Shown here one piece after another: positions 32,501 to 45,445 of a stretch of 64,000 bases of DNA. Every line of letters starts with the position of its first letter. Within the stretch, counting starts at the first letter, position 1. Below the pieces are notes generated by a model. The model saw only the letters and a list, made by a program, of their open reading frames with translations. It did no database searches and was not told where the DNA came from. Source of the DNA: Leptogorgia sarmentosa (taxonomy: Eukaryota). The DNA lies in contig OZ210885.1 in the NCBI GenBank assembly GCA_964658305.1, forward strand, positions 16,182,001-16,246,000, in the 5' to 3' direction. Position numbers and translations under genes: made by a program.

Positions 32501-35500
32501 TTTAAAAAGTGTAACTTCCATCAACAAATGTCTACGACCATACCACTAGGAAAATACCGGTTCTCGTCTGATCACCGAAGTTAAGCCTAGGTGGGCAAAG
32601 TTAGTACTTGGATGGGTGACCGCCTGGGAATACTTTGTGTTGTAGACTTGCTTCATTTTATTGTATGTGTGTTTGTAAATAGGTTTGCTTTCAATTTCAA
32701 CTTCAGGGTTTTGTTAAAAAGTGTTACTTCCATCAACAAATGTCTACGACGATACCAGTCGGAAAACACCGGTTCTCGTCTGATCACCGAAGTTAAGCCT
32801 AGGTGGGCAAACTTAGTACTTGGATGGGTGACTACCTGGGAATACTTTGTGTTGTAGACTTGCTTCATTTTATTGTATGTGTGTTTGTAAATAGGTTTGC
32901 TTTCAATGTAAACTTCAGGGATTTTGTTATTGCTACATCTGGAAATACTTTGTATTGTTGTTTTGCTAAATGTTATTTAATGCCTATTTGTAAATATAAT
33001 TCCTTTCAATTTCAACTTCAGGGTTTTGTTATTGTTACACGTTTAAAAAGTGTAACTTCCATCAACAAATGTCTACGACCATACCAGTAGGAAAATACCG
33101 GTTCTCGTCTGATCGCCGAAGTTAAGCCTAGGTGGGCAAAGTTAGTACTTGGATGGGTGACTACCTGGGAATACTTTGTGTTGTAGACTTGCTTCATTTT
33201 ATTGTATGTGTGTTTGTAAATAGGTTTGCTTTCAATTTCAACTTCAGGGATTTTGTTATTGCTACATCTGGAAATACTTTGTATTGTTGTTTTCCTAAAT
33301 GTTATTTAATGCCTATTTGTAAATATAATTCCTTTCAATTTCAACTTCAGGGTTTTGTTATTGTTACACATTTAAAAAGTGTAACTTGCATCAACAAATG
33401 TCTACGACCGTACGAGTAGGAAAATACCGGTTCTCGTCTGATCACCGAAGTTAAGCCTAGGTGGGCAAAGTTAGTAGTTGGATGGGTGACCACCTGGGAA
33501 TACTTTGTGTTGTAGACTTTCTTCATTTTATTGTATGTGTGTTTGTAAATATAATTCCTTTCAATTTCAACTTCAGGGTTTTGTTATTGCTACATCTGGA
33601 AATACTTTGTATTGTTGTTTTGCTAAATGTTATTTAATGCCTATTTGTAAATATAATTCCTTTCAATTTCAACTTCAGGGTTTTGTTATTGTTACACGTT
33701 TAAAAAGTGTAACTTCCATCAACAAATGTCTACGACCATACCAGTAGGAAAATACCGGTTCTCGTCTGATCACCGAAGTTAAGCCTAGGTGGGCAAAGTT
33801 AGTACTTGGATGGGTGACTACCTGGGAATACTTTGTGTTGTAGACTTGCTTCATTTTATTGTATGTGTGTTTGTAAATAGGTTTGCTTTCAATTTCAACT
33901 TCAGGGATTTTGTTATTGCTACATCTGGAAATACTTTGTATTGTTGTTTTGCTAAATGTTATTTAATGCCTATTTGTAAATATAATTCCTTTCAATTTCA
34001 ACTTCAGGGTTTTGTTATTGTTACACGTTTAAAAAGTGTAACTTCCATCAACAAATGTCTACGACCATACCAGTAGGAAAATACCGGTTCTCGTCTGATC
34101 ACCGAAGTTAAGCCTAGGTGGGCAAAGTTAGTACTTGGATGGGTGACCACCTGGGAATACTTTGTGTTGTAGACTTGCTTCATTTTATTGTATGTGTGTT
34201 TGTAAATAGGTTTGCTTTCAATGTAAACTTCAGGGATTTTGTTATTGCTACATCTGGAAATACTTTGTATTGTTGTTTTGCTAAATGTTATTTAATGCCT
34301 ATTTGTAAATATAATTCCTTTCAATTTCAACTTCAGGGTTTTGTTATTGTTACACGTTTAAAAAGTGTAACTTCCATCAACAAATGTCTACGACCATACC
34401 AGTAGGAAAATACCGGTTCTCGTCTGATCACCGAAGTTAAGCCTAGGTGGGCAAAGTTAGTACTTGGATGGGTGACTACCTGGGAATGCTTTGTGTTGTA
34501 GACTTGCTTCATTTTATTGTATGTGTGTTAGTAAATATAATTCCTTTCAATTTCAACTTCAGGGTTTTGTTATTGTTACACGTTTAAAAAGTGTAACTTC
34601 CATCAACAAATGTCTACGACCATACCACTAGGAAAATACCGGTTCTCGTCTGATCACCGAAGTTAAGCCTAGGTGGGCAAAGTTAGTACTTGGATGGGTG
34701 ACCACCTGGGAATACTTTGTGTTGTAGACTTGCTTCATTTTATTGTATGTGTGTTTGTAAATAGGTTTGCTTTCAATGTAAACTTCAGGGATTTTGTTAT
34801 TGCTACATCTGGAAATACTTTGTATTGTTGTTTTGCTAAATGTTATTTAATCCCTATTTGTAAATATAATTCCTTTCAATTTCAACTTCAGGGTTTTGTT
34901 ATTGTTACACGTTTAAAAAGTGTAACCTCCATCAAAAAATGTCTACGACCGTACGAGTAGGAAAATACCGGTTCTCGTCTGATCACCGAAGTTAAGCCTA
35001 GGAGGGCAAAGTTAGTACTTGGATGGGTGACTACCTGGGAATACTTTGTGTTGTAGACTTGCTTCATTTTATTGTATGTGTGTTTGTAAATAGGTTTGCT
35101 TTCAATTTCAACTTCAGGGTTTTGTTATTGTTACACGTTTAAAAAGTGTAACTTCCATCAACAAATGTCTACGACCATACCAGTAGGAAAATACCGGTTC
35201 TCGTCTGATCACCGAAGTTAAGCCTAGGTGGGAAAAGTTAGTACTTGGATGGGTGACCACCTGGGAATACTTTGTGTTGTAGACTTGCTTCATTTTATTG
35301 TATGTGTGTTTGTAAATAGGTTTGCTTTCAATTTCAACTTCAGGGTTTTGTTATTGTTACACGTTTAAAAAGTGGAACTTCCATCAACAAATGTCTACGA
35401 CCATACCAGTAGGAAAATACCGGTTCTCGTCTGATCACCGACGTTAAGCCTAGGTGGGCAAAGTTAGTACTTGGATGGGTGACCACCTGGGAATACTTTG

Positions 35501-38500
35501 TGTTGTAGACTTGCTTCATTTTATTGTATGTGTGTTTGTAAATAGGTTTGCTTTCAATGTAAACTTCAGGGATTTTGTTATTGCTACATCTGGAAATACT
35601 TTGTATTGTTGTTTTCCTAAATGTTATTTAATGCCTATTTGTAAATATAATTCCTTTCAATTTCAACTTCAGGGTTTTGTTATTGTTACACATTTAAAAA
35701 GTGTAACTTGCATCAACAAATGTCTACGACCGTACGAGTAGGAAAATACCGGTTCTCGTCTGATCACCGAAGTTAAGCCTAGGTGGGCAAAGTTAGTAGT
35801 TGGATGGGTGACCACCTGGGAATACTTTGTGTTGTAGACTTGCTTCATTTTATTGTATGTGTGTTTGTAAATATAATTCCTTTCAATTTCAACTTCAGGG
35901 TTTTGTTATTGCTACATCTGGAAATACTTTGTATTGTTGTTTTGCTAAATGTTATTTAATGCCTATTTGTAAATATAATTCCTTTCAATTTCAACTTCAG
36001 GGTTTTGTTATTGTTACACGTTTAAAAAGTGTAACTTCCATCAACAAATGTCTACGACCATATCAGTAGGAAAATACCGGTTCTCGTCTGATCACCGAAG
36101 TTAAGCCTATGTGGGCAAAGTTAGTACTTGGATGGGTGACTACCTGGGAATACTTTGTGTTGTAGACTTGCTTCATTTTATTGTATGTGTGTTTGTAAAT
36201 AGGTTTGCTTTCAATTTCAACTTCAGGGATTTTGTTATTGCTACATCTGGAAATACTTTGTATTGTTCTTTTGCTAAATGTTATTTAATGCCTATTTGTA
36301 AATATAATTCCTTTCAATTTCAACTTCAGGGTTTTGTTATTGTTACACGTTTAAAAAGTGTAACTTCCATCAACAAATGTCTACGACCATACCAGTAGGA
36401 AAATACCGGTTCTCGTCTGATCACCGAAGTTAAGCCTAGGTGGGCAAAGTTAGTACTTGGATGGGTGACCACCTGGGAATACTTTGTGTTGTAGACTTGC
36501 TTCATTTTATTGTATGTGTGTTTGTAAATAGGTTTGCTTTCAATGTAAACTTCAGGGATTTTGTTATTGCTACATCTGGAAATACTTTGTATTGTTGTTT
36601 TGCTAAATGTTATTTAATGCCTATTTGTAAATATAATTCCTTTCAATTTCAACTTCAGGGTTTTGTTATTGTTACACGTTTAAAAAGTGTAACTTCCATC
36701 AACAAATGTCTACGACCATACCAGTAGGAAAATACCGGTTCTCGTCTGATCACCGAAGTTAAGCCTAGGTGGGCAAAGTTAGTACTTCGATGGGTGACTA
36801 CCTGGGAATGCTTTGTGTTGTAGACTTGCTTCATTTTATTGTATGTGTGTTAGTAAATATAATTCCTTTCAATTTCAACTTCAGGGTTTTGTTATTGTTA
36901 CACGTTTAAAAAGTGTAACTTCCATCAACAAATGTCTACGACCATACCACTAGGAAAATACCGGTTCTCGTCTGATCACCGAAGTTAAGCCTAGGTGGGC
37001 AAAGTTAGTACTTGGATGGGTGACCGCCTGGGAATACTTTGTGTTGTAGACTTGCTTCATTTTATTGTATGTGTGTTTGTAAATAGGTTTGCTTTCAATT
37101 TCAACTTCAGGGTTTTGTTAAAAAGTGTTACTTCCATCAACAAATGTCTACGACGATACCAGTAGGAAAACACCGGTTCTCGTCTGATCACCGAAGTTAA
37201 GCCTAGGTGGGCAAACTTAGTACTTGGATGGGTGACTACCTGGGAATACTTTGTGTTGTAGACTTGCTTCATTTTATTGTATGTGTGTTTGTAAATAGGT
37301 TTGCTTTCAATGTAAACTTCAGGGATTTTGTTATTGCTACATCTGGAAATACTTTGTATTGTTGTTTTGCTAAATGTTATTTAATGCCTATTTGTAAATA
37401 TAATTCCTTTCAATTTCAACTTCAGGGTTTTGTTATTGTTACACGTTTAAAAAGTGTAACTTCCATCAACAAATGTCTACGACCATACCAGTAGGAAAAT
37501 ACCGGTTCTCGTCTGATCACCGAAGTTAAGCCTAGGTGGGCAAAGTTAGTACTTGGATGGGTGACTACCTGGGAATACTTTGTGTTGTAGACTTGCTTCA
37601 TTTTATTGTATGTGTGTTTGTAAATAGGTTTGCTTTCAATTTCAACTTCAGGGATTTTGTTATTGCTACATCTGGAAATACTTTGTATTGTTGTTTTGCT
37701 AAATGTTATTTAATGCCTATTTGTAAATATAATTCCTTTCAATTTCAACTTCAGGGTTTTGTTATTGTTACACGTTTAAAAAGTGTAACTTCCATCAACA
37801 AATGTCTACGACCATACCAGTAGGAAAATACCGGTTCTCGTCTGATCACCGAAGTTAAGCCTAGGTGGGCAAAGTTAGTACTTGGATGGGTGACCACCTG
37901 GGAATACTTTGTGTTGTAGACTTGCTTCATTTTATTGTATGTGTGTTTGTAAATAGGTTTGCTTTCAATTTCAACTTCAGGGATTTTGTTATTGCTACAT
38001 CTGGAAATACTTTGTATTGTTGTTTTGCTAAATGTTATTTAATGCCTATTTGTAAATATAATTCCTTTCAATTTCAACTTCAGGGTTTTGTTATTGTTAC
38101 ACGTTTAAAAAGTGTAACTTCCATCAACAAATGTCTACGACCATACCAGTAGGAAAATACCGGTTCTCGTCTGATCACCGAAGTTAAGCCTAGGTGGGCA
38201 AAGTTAGTACTTGGATGGGTGACTACCTGGGAATTCTTTGTGTTGTAGACTTGCTTCATTTTATTGTATGTGTGTTTGTAAATATAATTCCTTTCAATTT
38301 CAACTTCAGGGTTTTGTTATTGTTACACGTTTAAAAAGTGTAACTTCCATCAACAAATGTCTACGACCATACCACTAGGAAAATACCGGTTCTCGTCTGA
38401 TCACCGAAGTTAAGCCTAGGTGGGCAAAGTTAGTACTTGGATGGGTGACCACCTGGGAATACTTTGTGTTGTAGACTTGCTTCATTTTATTGTATGTGTG

Positions 38501-40407
38501 TTTGTAAATAGGTTTGCTTTCAATGTAAACTTCAGGGATTTTGTTATTGCTACATCTGGAAATACTTTGTATTGTTGTTTTGCTAAATGTTATTTAATCC
38601 CTATTTGTAAATATAATTCCTTTCAATTTCAACTTCAGTGTTTTGTTATTGTTACACGTTTAAAAAGTGTAACCTCCATCAGCAAATGTCTACGACCGTA
38701 CGAGTAGGAAAATACCGGTTCTCGTCTGATCACCGAAGTTAAGCCTAGGTGGGCAAAGTTAGTACTTGGATGGGTGACCACCTGGGAATACTTTGTGTTG
38801 TAGACTTGCTTCATTTTATTGTATGTGTGTTTGTAAATAGGTTTGCTTTCAATTTCAACTTCAGGGTTTTGTTATTGTTACACGTTTAAAAAGTGTTACT
38901 TCCATCAACTAATGTCTACGACGATACCAGTAGGAAAATACCAGTTCTCGTCTGATCACCGAAGTTAAGCCTAGGTGGGCAAACTTAGTACTTGGATGGG
39001 TGACTACCTGGGAATACTTTGTGTTGTAGACTTGCTTCATTTTATTGTATGTGTGTTTGTAAATAGGTTTGCTTTCAATGTAAACTTCAGAGATTTTGTT
39101 ATTGCTACATCTGGAAATACTTTGTATTGTTGTTTTGCTAAATGTTATTTAATGCCTATTTGTAAATATAATTCCTTTCAATTTCAACTTCAGGGTTTTA
39201 TTATTGTTACACGTTTAAAAAGTGTAACTTCCATCAACAAATGTCTACGACCATACCAGTAGGAAAATACCGGTTCTCGTCTGATCACCGAAGTTAAGCC
39301 TAGGTGGGCAAAGTTAGTACTTGGATGGGTGACTACCTGGGAATACTTTGTGTTGTAGACTTAATTCATTTTATTGTATGTGTGTTTGTAAATAGGTTTG
39401 CTTTCAATTTCAACTTCAGGGATTTTGTTATTGCTACATCTGGAAATACTTTGTATTGTTGTTTTGCTAAATGTTATTTAATGCCTATTTGTAAATATAA
39501 TTCCTTTCAATTTCAACTTCAGGGTTTTGTTATTGTTACACGTTTAAAAAGTGTAACTTCCATCAACAAATGTCTACGACCATACCAGTAGGAAAATACC
39601 GGTTCTCGTCTGATCACCGAAGTTAAGCCTAGGTGGGCAAAGTTAGTACTTGGATGGGTGACTACCTGGGAATACTTTGTGTTGTAGACTTGCTTCATTT
39701 TATTGTATGTGTGTTTGTAAATAGGTTTGCTTTCAATGTAAACTTCAGGGATTTTGTTATTGCTACATCTGGAAATACTTTGTATTGTTGTTTTGCTAAA
39801 TGTTATTTAATGCCTATTTGTAAATATAATTCCTTTCAATTTCAACTTCAGGGTTTTGTTATTGTTACACGTTTAAAAAGTGCAACTTCCATCAACAAAT
39901 GTCTACGACCGTACGAGTAGGAAAATACCGGTTCTCGTCTGATCACCGAAGTTAAGCCTAGGTGGGCAAAGTTAGTAGTTGGATGGGTGACCACCTGGGA
40001 ATACTTTGTGTTGTAGACTTGCTTCATTTTATTGTATGTGTGTTTGTAAATAGGTTTGCTTTCAATTTCAACTTCAGGGTTTTGTTATTGTTACACGTTA
40101 AAAAAGTGTAACTTCCATCAACAAATGTCTACGACCATACCAGTAGGAAAATACCGGTTCTCGTCTGATCACCGAAGTTAAGCCTAGGTAGGCAAAGTTA
40201 GTACTTGGATGGGTGACTACCTGGGAATACTTTGTGTTGTAGACTTGCTTCATTTTATTGTATGTGTGTTTGTAAATAGGTTTGCTTTCAATTTCAACTT
40301 CAGGGTTTTGTTATTGTTACACGTTTAAAAAGTGTAACTTCCATCAACAAATGTCTACGACCATACCAGTAGGAAAATACCGGTTCTCGTCTGATCACCG
40401 AAGTTAA
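26563..40407 (+). rRNA. 5S: Tandem array of variant 5S rRNA genes (roughly 50 units of 226 or 329 bp)
   Basis: 120-nt unit, e.g. 26759-26878: GTCTACGACCATACC...GGTTCTCGTCTGATCACCGAAGTTAAGC...GTTAGTACTTGGATGGGTGACCACCTGGGAATAC...GTTGTAGACTT. A-box, IE and C-box are recognisable. TTTT lies 6 nt downstream and TTTAAAAA near -28. Copy number is estimated from length. Confidence 0.93.
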
Positions 40408-41788
40408 AGGTGATGTCCACTCCGTTCTGCGCATGCTCGCGTTTTGTTTACATGGCATGTTTACGATACATTTTGTTAGAACTTATATAAAGTACTTCAC
40501 GAGATTCGCAACAATGACTTCGCGGTAACAATGGCGGCATATCATTCACACCTGTGATTTACATACATGAATATGGATGAGAGCTTTACACTAGATGAAA
40601 TTGAAGATGATGAAATCCAGCAGGCAGCGGAAATACCGAATATCGACAACATATCGGTTAATAAAACACGCAATTCGTTTTTGGCGATTTGTGGGTGACG
40701 GAAAGTGCGGTTTCTGGGAGTAAGGGCCCCCGGAGAAAACAACATCAGGGTGAGGGTAAGGGCCCTCACCGTTGTGGACGTTGAATCTCATGTCCAAGCC
40801 GGGCTTCCCCCTGGTGAAGTGACCGGGAGATGCAAAGATCAGAGCGAGGATAAGGGCCCCCACTGTTATGGACCTTCCTCTCCTTTGCCGGTGTGAGCTT
40901 CACCGTGGGTGAAGTGTGGCCGTGTGGACACCACTTTCCGCCCCGATGTTCTTTTATTTCCTTTCAAATAGCTAGACTACATATGTACAAGTGTAGTAAA
41001 GTTAAATATGGGTGTCACTGCGTCTTCATGGGAGATAAAGTTAGACATGGTGGAACAAGCTATGCTGGTTGGTTGTCTCTGTCTTCTTTCTTGTTGTGTG
41101 TTTCTTCTGGGTGGGTGGGTGGGTTTTTCAATTTTCCAATGTGTCTACCGAATGGCAGTTAAGACCAGTATGGACTACGGAGGCTTTGATAGCTATTTAT
41201 ATCCGTTGAACAAACTCAGGAATGACGGCTTAACCGAAACCCAATCAGTGACAAAATTAGTTGCCACGAAGGCTTAGAGATTAACAACTTCCTAAGATAC
41301 TTATTTCTTTTAAGCTGTCTATACTTTATGTCTTTTACGTATGTGAAAGAATTTGCTTCTTATTAATCCCAATTTATTACTATGATAATAAATTGGCCCT
41401 TAATAAAACACGCAATTCGTTTTTGGCGATTTGTGGGTGACGGAAAGTGCGGTTTCTGGGAGTAAGGGCCCCCGGAGAAAACAACATCAGGGTGAGGGTA
41501 AGGGCCCTCACCGTTGTGGACGTTGAATCTCATGTCCAAGCCGGGCTTCCCCCTGGTGAAGTGACCGGGAGATGCAAAGATCAGAGCGAGGGTAAGGGCC
41601 CCCACTGTTATGGACCTTCCTCTCCTTTGCCGGTGTGAGCTTCACCGTGGGTGAAGTGTGGCCGTGTGGACACCACTTTCCGCCACTGATCAAACGAAGT
41701 GTAGATCCCCCACGGGAAGCTAGCAGTTTTTTATGGAATTAAACACAGTGATTGGGCAGTACATGGTTACTGTTGATATGGCTAATAT

Positions 41789-42770
41789 TTACAATATGGC
41801 TTTTGGACTAAGTACAGCAGCTAATTGCTGGGGGACGGACTGAATGATTGTTCGTGGTGTACGGATGTATAGTTCATAACAGTCCGAGCGCCATCTACCG
41901 AGAGTTTTTATGAGCCAAGGCGGTAGATTTGCAGCAGCAGCTGTAGTAGCTGCGCCTATTCTAAAACTATGCGGGGCGTACTCTGTCTCGTTATAACCTA
42001 ACATTTTTAAGAGTGCTCTGAGATTAGCGTTAAGTATAGTTCGCGTAAGGGGTTCCTTGGTTTGGAGCAGAAACAGTGGTTCGTCGGGATTAGCTGGGCT
42101 TCGTTGCAGTAGATATTCGCGTAAGGCTGTGACGGCGCATACAGACGAGTGGCTCCGAGCGATAACGAGCGTAGTTCCGTGGCGGAATGGATCGGTCTTT
42201 GATTGTTTGATGCGAACTTGGATGGAGGTTGGAGTGGTGATGTTAGGGACGAATGTGATGTCGTGAACAGCGAGGAAGGTCTTTGCACTGGAGTAGGTAA
42301 ACTCGCTGACGCGCAGGAATCCGAAGAAAGCCAATGTGAAGGCTGCCCAGAGCATGACAGTATCGAGGTCCTCGGAAAACGTGGGACGCAGTAGTGTTGA
42401 AATCTGGGACAGAAGGTGTATGGTGATGGGGTGACGAGGCCGTTTTTGAGGAGTGGAAGTCCGCTTGATTCCCTTTAAGATGCGGTGGAGTTGGAGCATG
42501 GTAGTGGAGCGGAAAGGTTGGTTGTGCTCCACATAGAAGTTGGAAATTGCAGCGAGGTACAGCTTGACTGTTTGGTACTTGACTTTACCGTGGAGCGACG
42601 CAACAAAATACACCAAATTTTCTTCTGTAGGAGGTGGAACAGGGTTGCTGGGTGAGGCAAGGTTGTGAGCAAAACAAAAGTCCAAGTATTGGCGGACCCC
42701 AGAGGAATATGTAGTTCGCGTGGAAGAGGAAATGGCTTGGCCGAGCAGTGTGTTGACTTTTTGAGTTAGA
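41789..42770 (-). CDS. Tyrosine recombinase (Ngaro)
   Basis: FFGFLRVSE, KQSKTD, HSFRIGAAT, LGRWRS, YELYIR. The frame extends upstream of 42685 (LLGQAISSSTRTTYSSG). Confidence 0.93.
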
Positions 42771-44847
42771 CCTGAATCAAGGATTCGGGGATGACGGTAG
42801 GGTGTGGGTAGGCAGCGGGAGCTAGTTGATGGAATCGGTGTGTCTGAAACCGTGATAATGCGTCAGCGATTGAGTTGTCTAAGCCGGGAACATGCTTGGC
42901 ATTCAGTGTGAAATTGTGAATGAGTGTTTGAACGGTAATTTTTCTAACTAGGTCCATTATTTTGTTGATTTTCGAAGATTTTGAATTGAGAATCTGAGTG
43001 ACAGAGACATTGTCGCACCAGAGTATAATGCGTTTGCCGGACCATAGGTGGCCCCAAACTGAGCAGGCAAGATAAACGGGAAAAAGCTCTTTCCATGCTA
43101 TGCTCTGCTGTTCCTTGTGCGCATGAAACTGTTTTGACCACTTGCCCTGAAACCAGAGATCGTTGAAAAACGCGCCATAGCCTAACGAGCCCGATGCGTC
43201 GGTGGAAAACTCGAGTTCGAGTGAATTTGTGGGCGAAATATCGAGAAAAATATTGGAGCCATTCCATTGCTGCAGGAAAACGAGCCACATGGCGACGTCC
43301 TTGCGAAAGGATGAATTTAGCTTTACGTGGTGGTGTGGTTTTGTAACGCCGCGCGTAAGATTTATCATGCGTTGGAGAAAAGCGCGACCGGGCACAACGA
43401 CGCGGCATGCAAATTGGAGCGTGCCGATTAAGGACTGAAGCTCTTTTAGAGTGCACGATTTTTTGGAAAGCCACACTAATAATGACTGTTTTGCTCGCGT
43501 TAGTTTATCCGCGGGCAAGCAGGCGATCATCTTTTCCGAGTCTAAGAGTACCCCAAGGAATTCTAATTCGGTAGACGCCGGATAGGTCTTTTTGTTCGCG
43601 ATAGGAATGTTAAGATTCGTCATAAGTGTAAGCAATTTGCATAAGGATGTCATGCAGTTTGACCTAGGAGGCGGTTCAATCAGGAAAAAATCATCTAAAA
43701 TATGTAAAACATGTTTAATGCCGTAATTGGTTTTTGCGATCCATTCGAGGGCATCGGAAAGCTGATTAAAAATGAAAGGCGCGCTACGAAGGCCAAATGG
43801 TAATACTTTATCGAAAAAATATAGGCCCTGCCAATACATGCCTAATAATTCCCAGTCGTTAGGATGAACAGGAACATTACGGAAAGCAGAACAAATGTCC
43901 GTTTTCGCCATAAAAGAGCCGCGGCCAAGCTGGATAATCAGATTAATCGCATCATCGATTTTTACGTATTGAAGAGAGTAGTTTTCTCTGGAAATGTAAT
44001 CGTTAACGCTGTTGCCGGATGTTTTTGGATGCGATAGGTGAAAAATTGTTCGCCAGTCAGACGAATACTTTTTGGGTACTACGCCGATTGGATAAATTTG
44101 GAAATTGGGGAAAGGCGGGGAAAGGAACGGCCCGGCGGTGCGGCCTAACCTAACTTCATGTAGCAAGTTTTTTGTGACTAGATCGGGGTGGTCGTCCGCA
44201 GACTTCAGGTTGCGTGAAAAACGTGGCGCTCGGGGCCCCTCAAAACCAATAGAAAAACCGGCCCGGAATCCTTGGACCAAATTAGACACAAATAAGGCGT
44301 TAGGATGATTTTTTAATTCATGTTGCAAGTAGGTTACATTAACTGGTGTGATGGGATGAAGGTTGTGGAGGTAGGACTTAACGGTCTCGTTTGGTACTGC
44401 TCGGCTCCGCAGCTCTTGCATCGTGGTCGAGTGCTGAATGGTGGCCAGCGCAGCCTGGTCGGTTACAGCGATGTTTGAAGGGACAGGGAGTAGTGACGCA
44501 GGGGACCTTGCGGTTGTAGTTGCGACAACGATCGTCTGCGGGTCGTTGTGTGGATCTGGTAGGGGCAATAGGACATGCGTTAACGAAGTGGTCGGCGCTA
44601 CCACAGACATGGCACGCCGTCTTTGCGAGCCCGGTAAATTTTTCGAGGTACAGTTGAGGATCACGGTGAGCCCAAGAAACTGAAACATCGTTCGCTGCCT
44701 TTTTGCGGAAGGCGATGTCGTAAGCATACCAGGCCATGCCGGAAAATTTTCGGTGCGCATCACGAATAGCTTGTTGGTAGACGAAAAGTTCAGACGCCTT
44801 GTACGGGAAAAAATGGACAACAACGCGTGCAAAAATGTTGAAGGCAT
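42766..44847 (-). CDS. Reverse transcriptase/RNase H (Ngaro); true start uncertain, overlaps gag
   Basis: WRTIFHLS, KTDICSAFR, LPFGLRSAP, HILDDFF, FLGVLLD, STDASG, IAWKELFP, WCDN, NSIADALSR. Confidence 0.93.
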   Translation of the reverse strand: MPSTFLHALLSIFSRTRRLNFSSTNKLFVMRTENFPAWPGMLTTSPSAKRQRTMFQFLGLTVILNCTSKNLPGSQRRRAMSVVAPTTSLTHVLLPLPDPHNDPQTIVVATTTARSPASLLPVPSNIAVTDQAALATIQHSTTMQELRSRAVPNETVKSYLHNLHPITPVNVTYLQHELKNHPNALFVSNLVQGFRAGFSIGFEGPRAPRFSRNLKSADDHPDLVTKNLLHEVRLGRTAGPFLSPPFPNFQIYPIGVVPKKYSSDWRTIFHLSHPKTSGNSVNDYISRENYSLQYVKIDDAINLIIQLGRGSFMAKTDICSAFRNVPVHPNDWELLGMYWQGLYFFDKVLPFGLRSAPFIFNQLSDALEWIAKTNYGIKHVLHILDDFFLIEPPPRSNCMTSLCKLLTLMTNLNIPIANKKTYPASTELEFLGVLLDSEKMIACLPADKLTRAKQSLLVWLSKKSCTLKELQSLIGTLQFACRVVVPGRAFLQRMINLTRGVTKPHHHVKLNSSFRKDVAMWLVFLQQWNGSNIFLDISPTNSLELEFSTDASGSLGYGAFFNDLWFQGKWSKQFHAHKEQQSIAWKELFPVYLACSVWGHLWSGKRIILWCDNVSVTQILNSKSSKINKIMDLVRKITVQTLIHNFTLNAKHVPGLDNSIADALSRFQTHRFHQLAPAAYPHPTVIPESLIQV

Positions 44848-45445
44848 TGAGCCAGCGTTCTATTGAATCGATTCGTTGGCGTTTGTGTTGAGACATAGAA
44901 ACGGGGATAGAAAACCCCGACCCAAGGGCATCAAACGATATCTTCAAATGCTCGTCGTGACCATCAATGTTATCGGGCAGTAAAGAATTGAAGTCAATGT
45001 ACTCACCATTGCGAATTGACGAGAGGGTTTTGGTTGGCAAGTGTGGCGGGAACGATGGTGAGACCAGTTCTGGTGAGACAGCGGTACTGGTGGATTGTTG
45101 AACCGTGGCGTCGCGAATGGATGAGGAGATCAAGGATTGCAACGTTTCGTATTGTTCAGCCGTAAATCCGTTGGGTTGTCGTTCCGCTTCGGTTGGTGGC
45201 GTAGTTGGACGATCGGTGGCTGATCCAGGTTGTTCAGGGTCGGAGTGAGGTAGATCAGCATCAGCAACTTGGGGTGGGTGAGCACGAAGACGAGCAAGGA
45301 GTGTTTGGCGAGATCCAGTGGCGGAGAGTTTTTGTTGGTCGCAGCGAAGGCGAAGGACTTCAGTGGTTAGCTGGGTTAGATCAGACGACGTCGACTGTGT
45401 AGTACGACGAGAGGCGGTTGACTTAGAGCGTCGGATGCGAGGCAT
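44378..45445 (-). CDS. Gag-like ORF (Ngaro) with SAP-like N-terminus and CCHC/CCCH fingers
   Basis: LTTEVLRLRC...LSATGSRQTLLARL; IRNGEYIDFNSLL; WYAYDIAFR; CHVCGSADHFVNAC; CRNYNR..PC...PCPFKH. Confidence 0.88.
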   Translation of the reverse strand: MPRIRRSKSTASRRTTQSTSSDLTQLTTEVLRLRCDQQKLSATGSRQTLLARLRAHPPQVADADLPHSDPEQPGSATDRPTTPPTEAERQPNGFTAEQYETLQSLISSSIRDATVQQSTSTAVSPELVSPSFPPHLPTKTLSSIRNGEYIDFNSLLPDNIDGHDEHLKISFDALGSGFSIPVSMSQHKRQRIDSIERWLNAFNIFARVVVHFFPYKASELFVYQQAIRDAHRKFSGMAWYAYDIAFRKKAANDVSVSWAHRDPQLYLEKFTGLAKTACHVCGSADHFVNACPIAPTRSTQRPADDRCRNYNRKVPCVTTPCPFKHRCNRPGCAGHHSALDHDARAAEPSSTKRDR

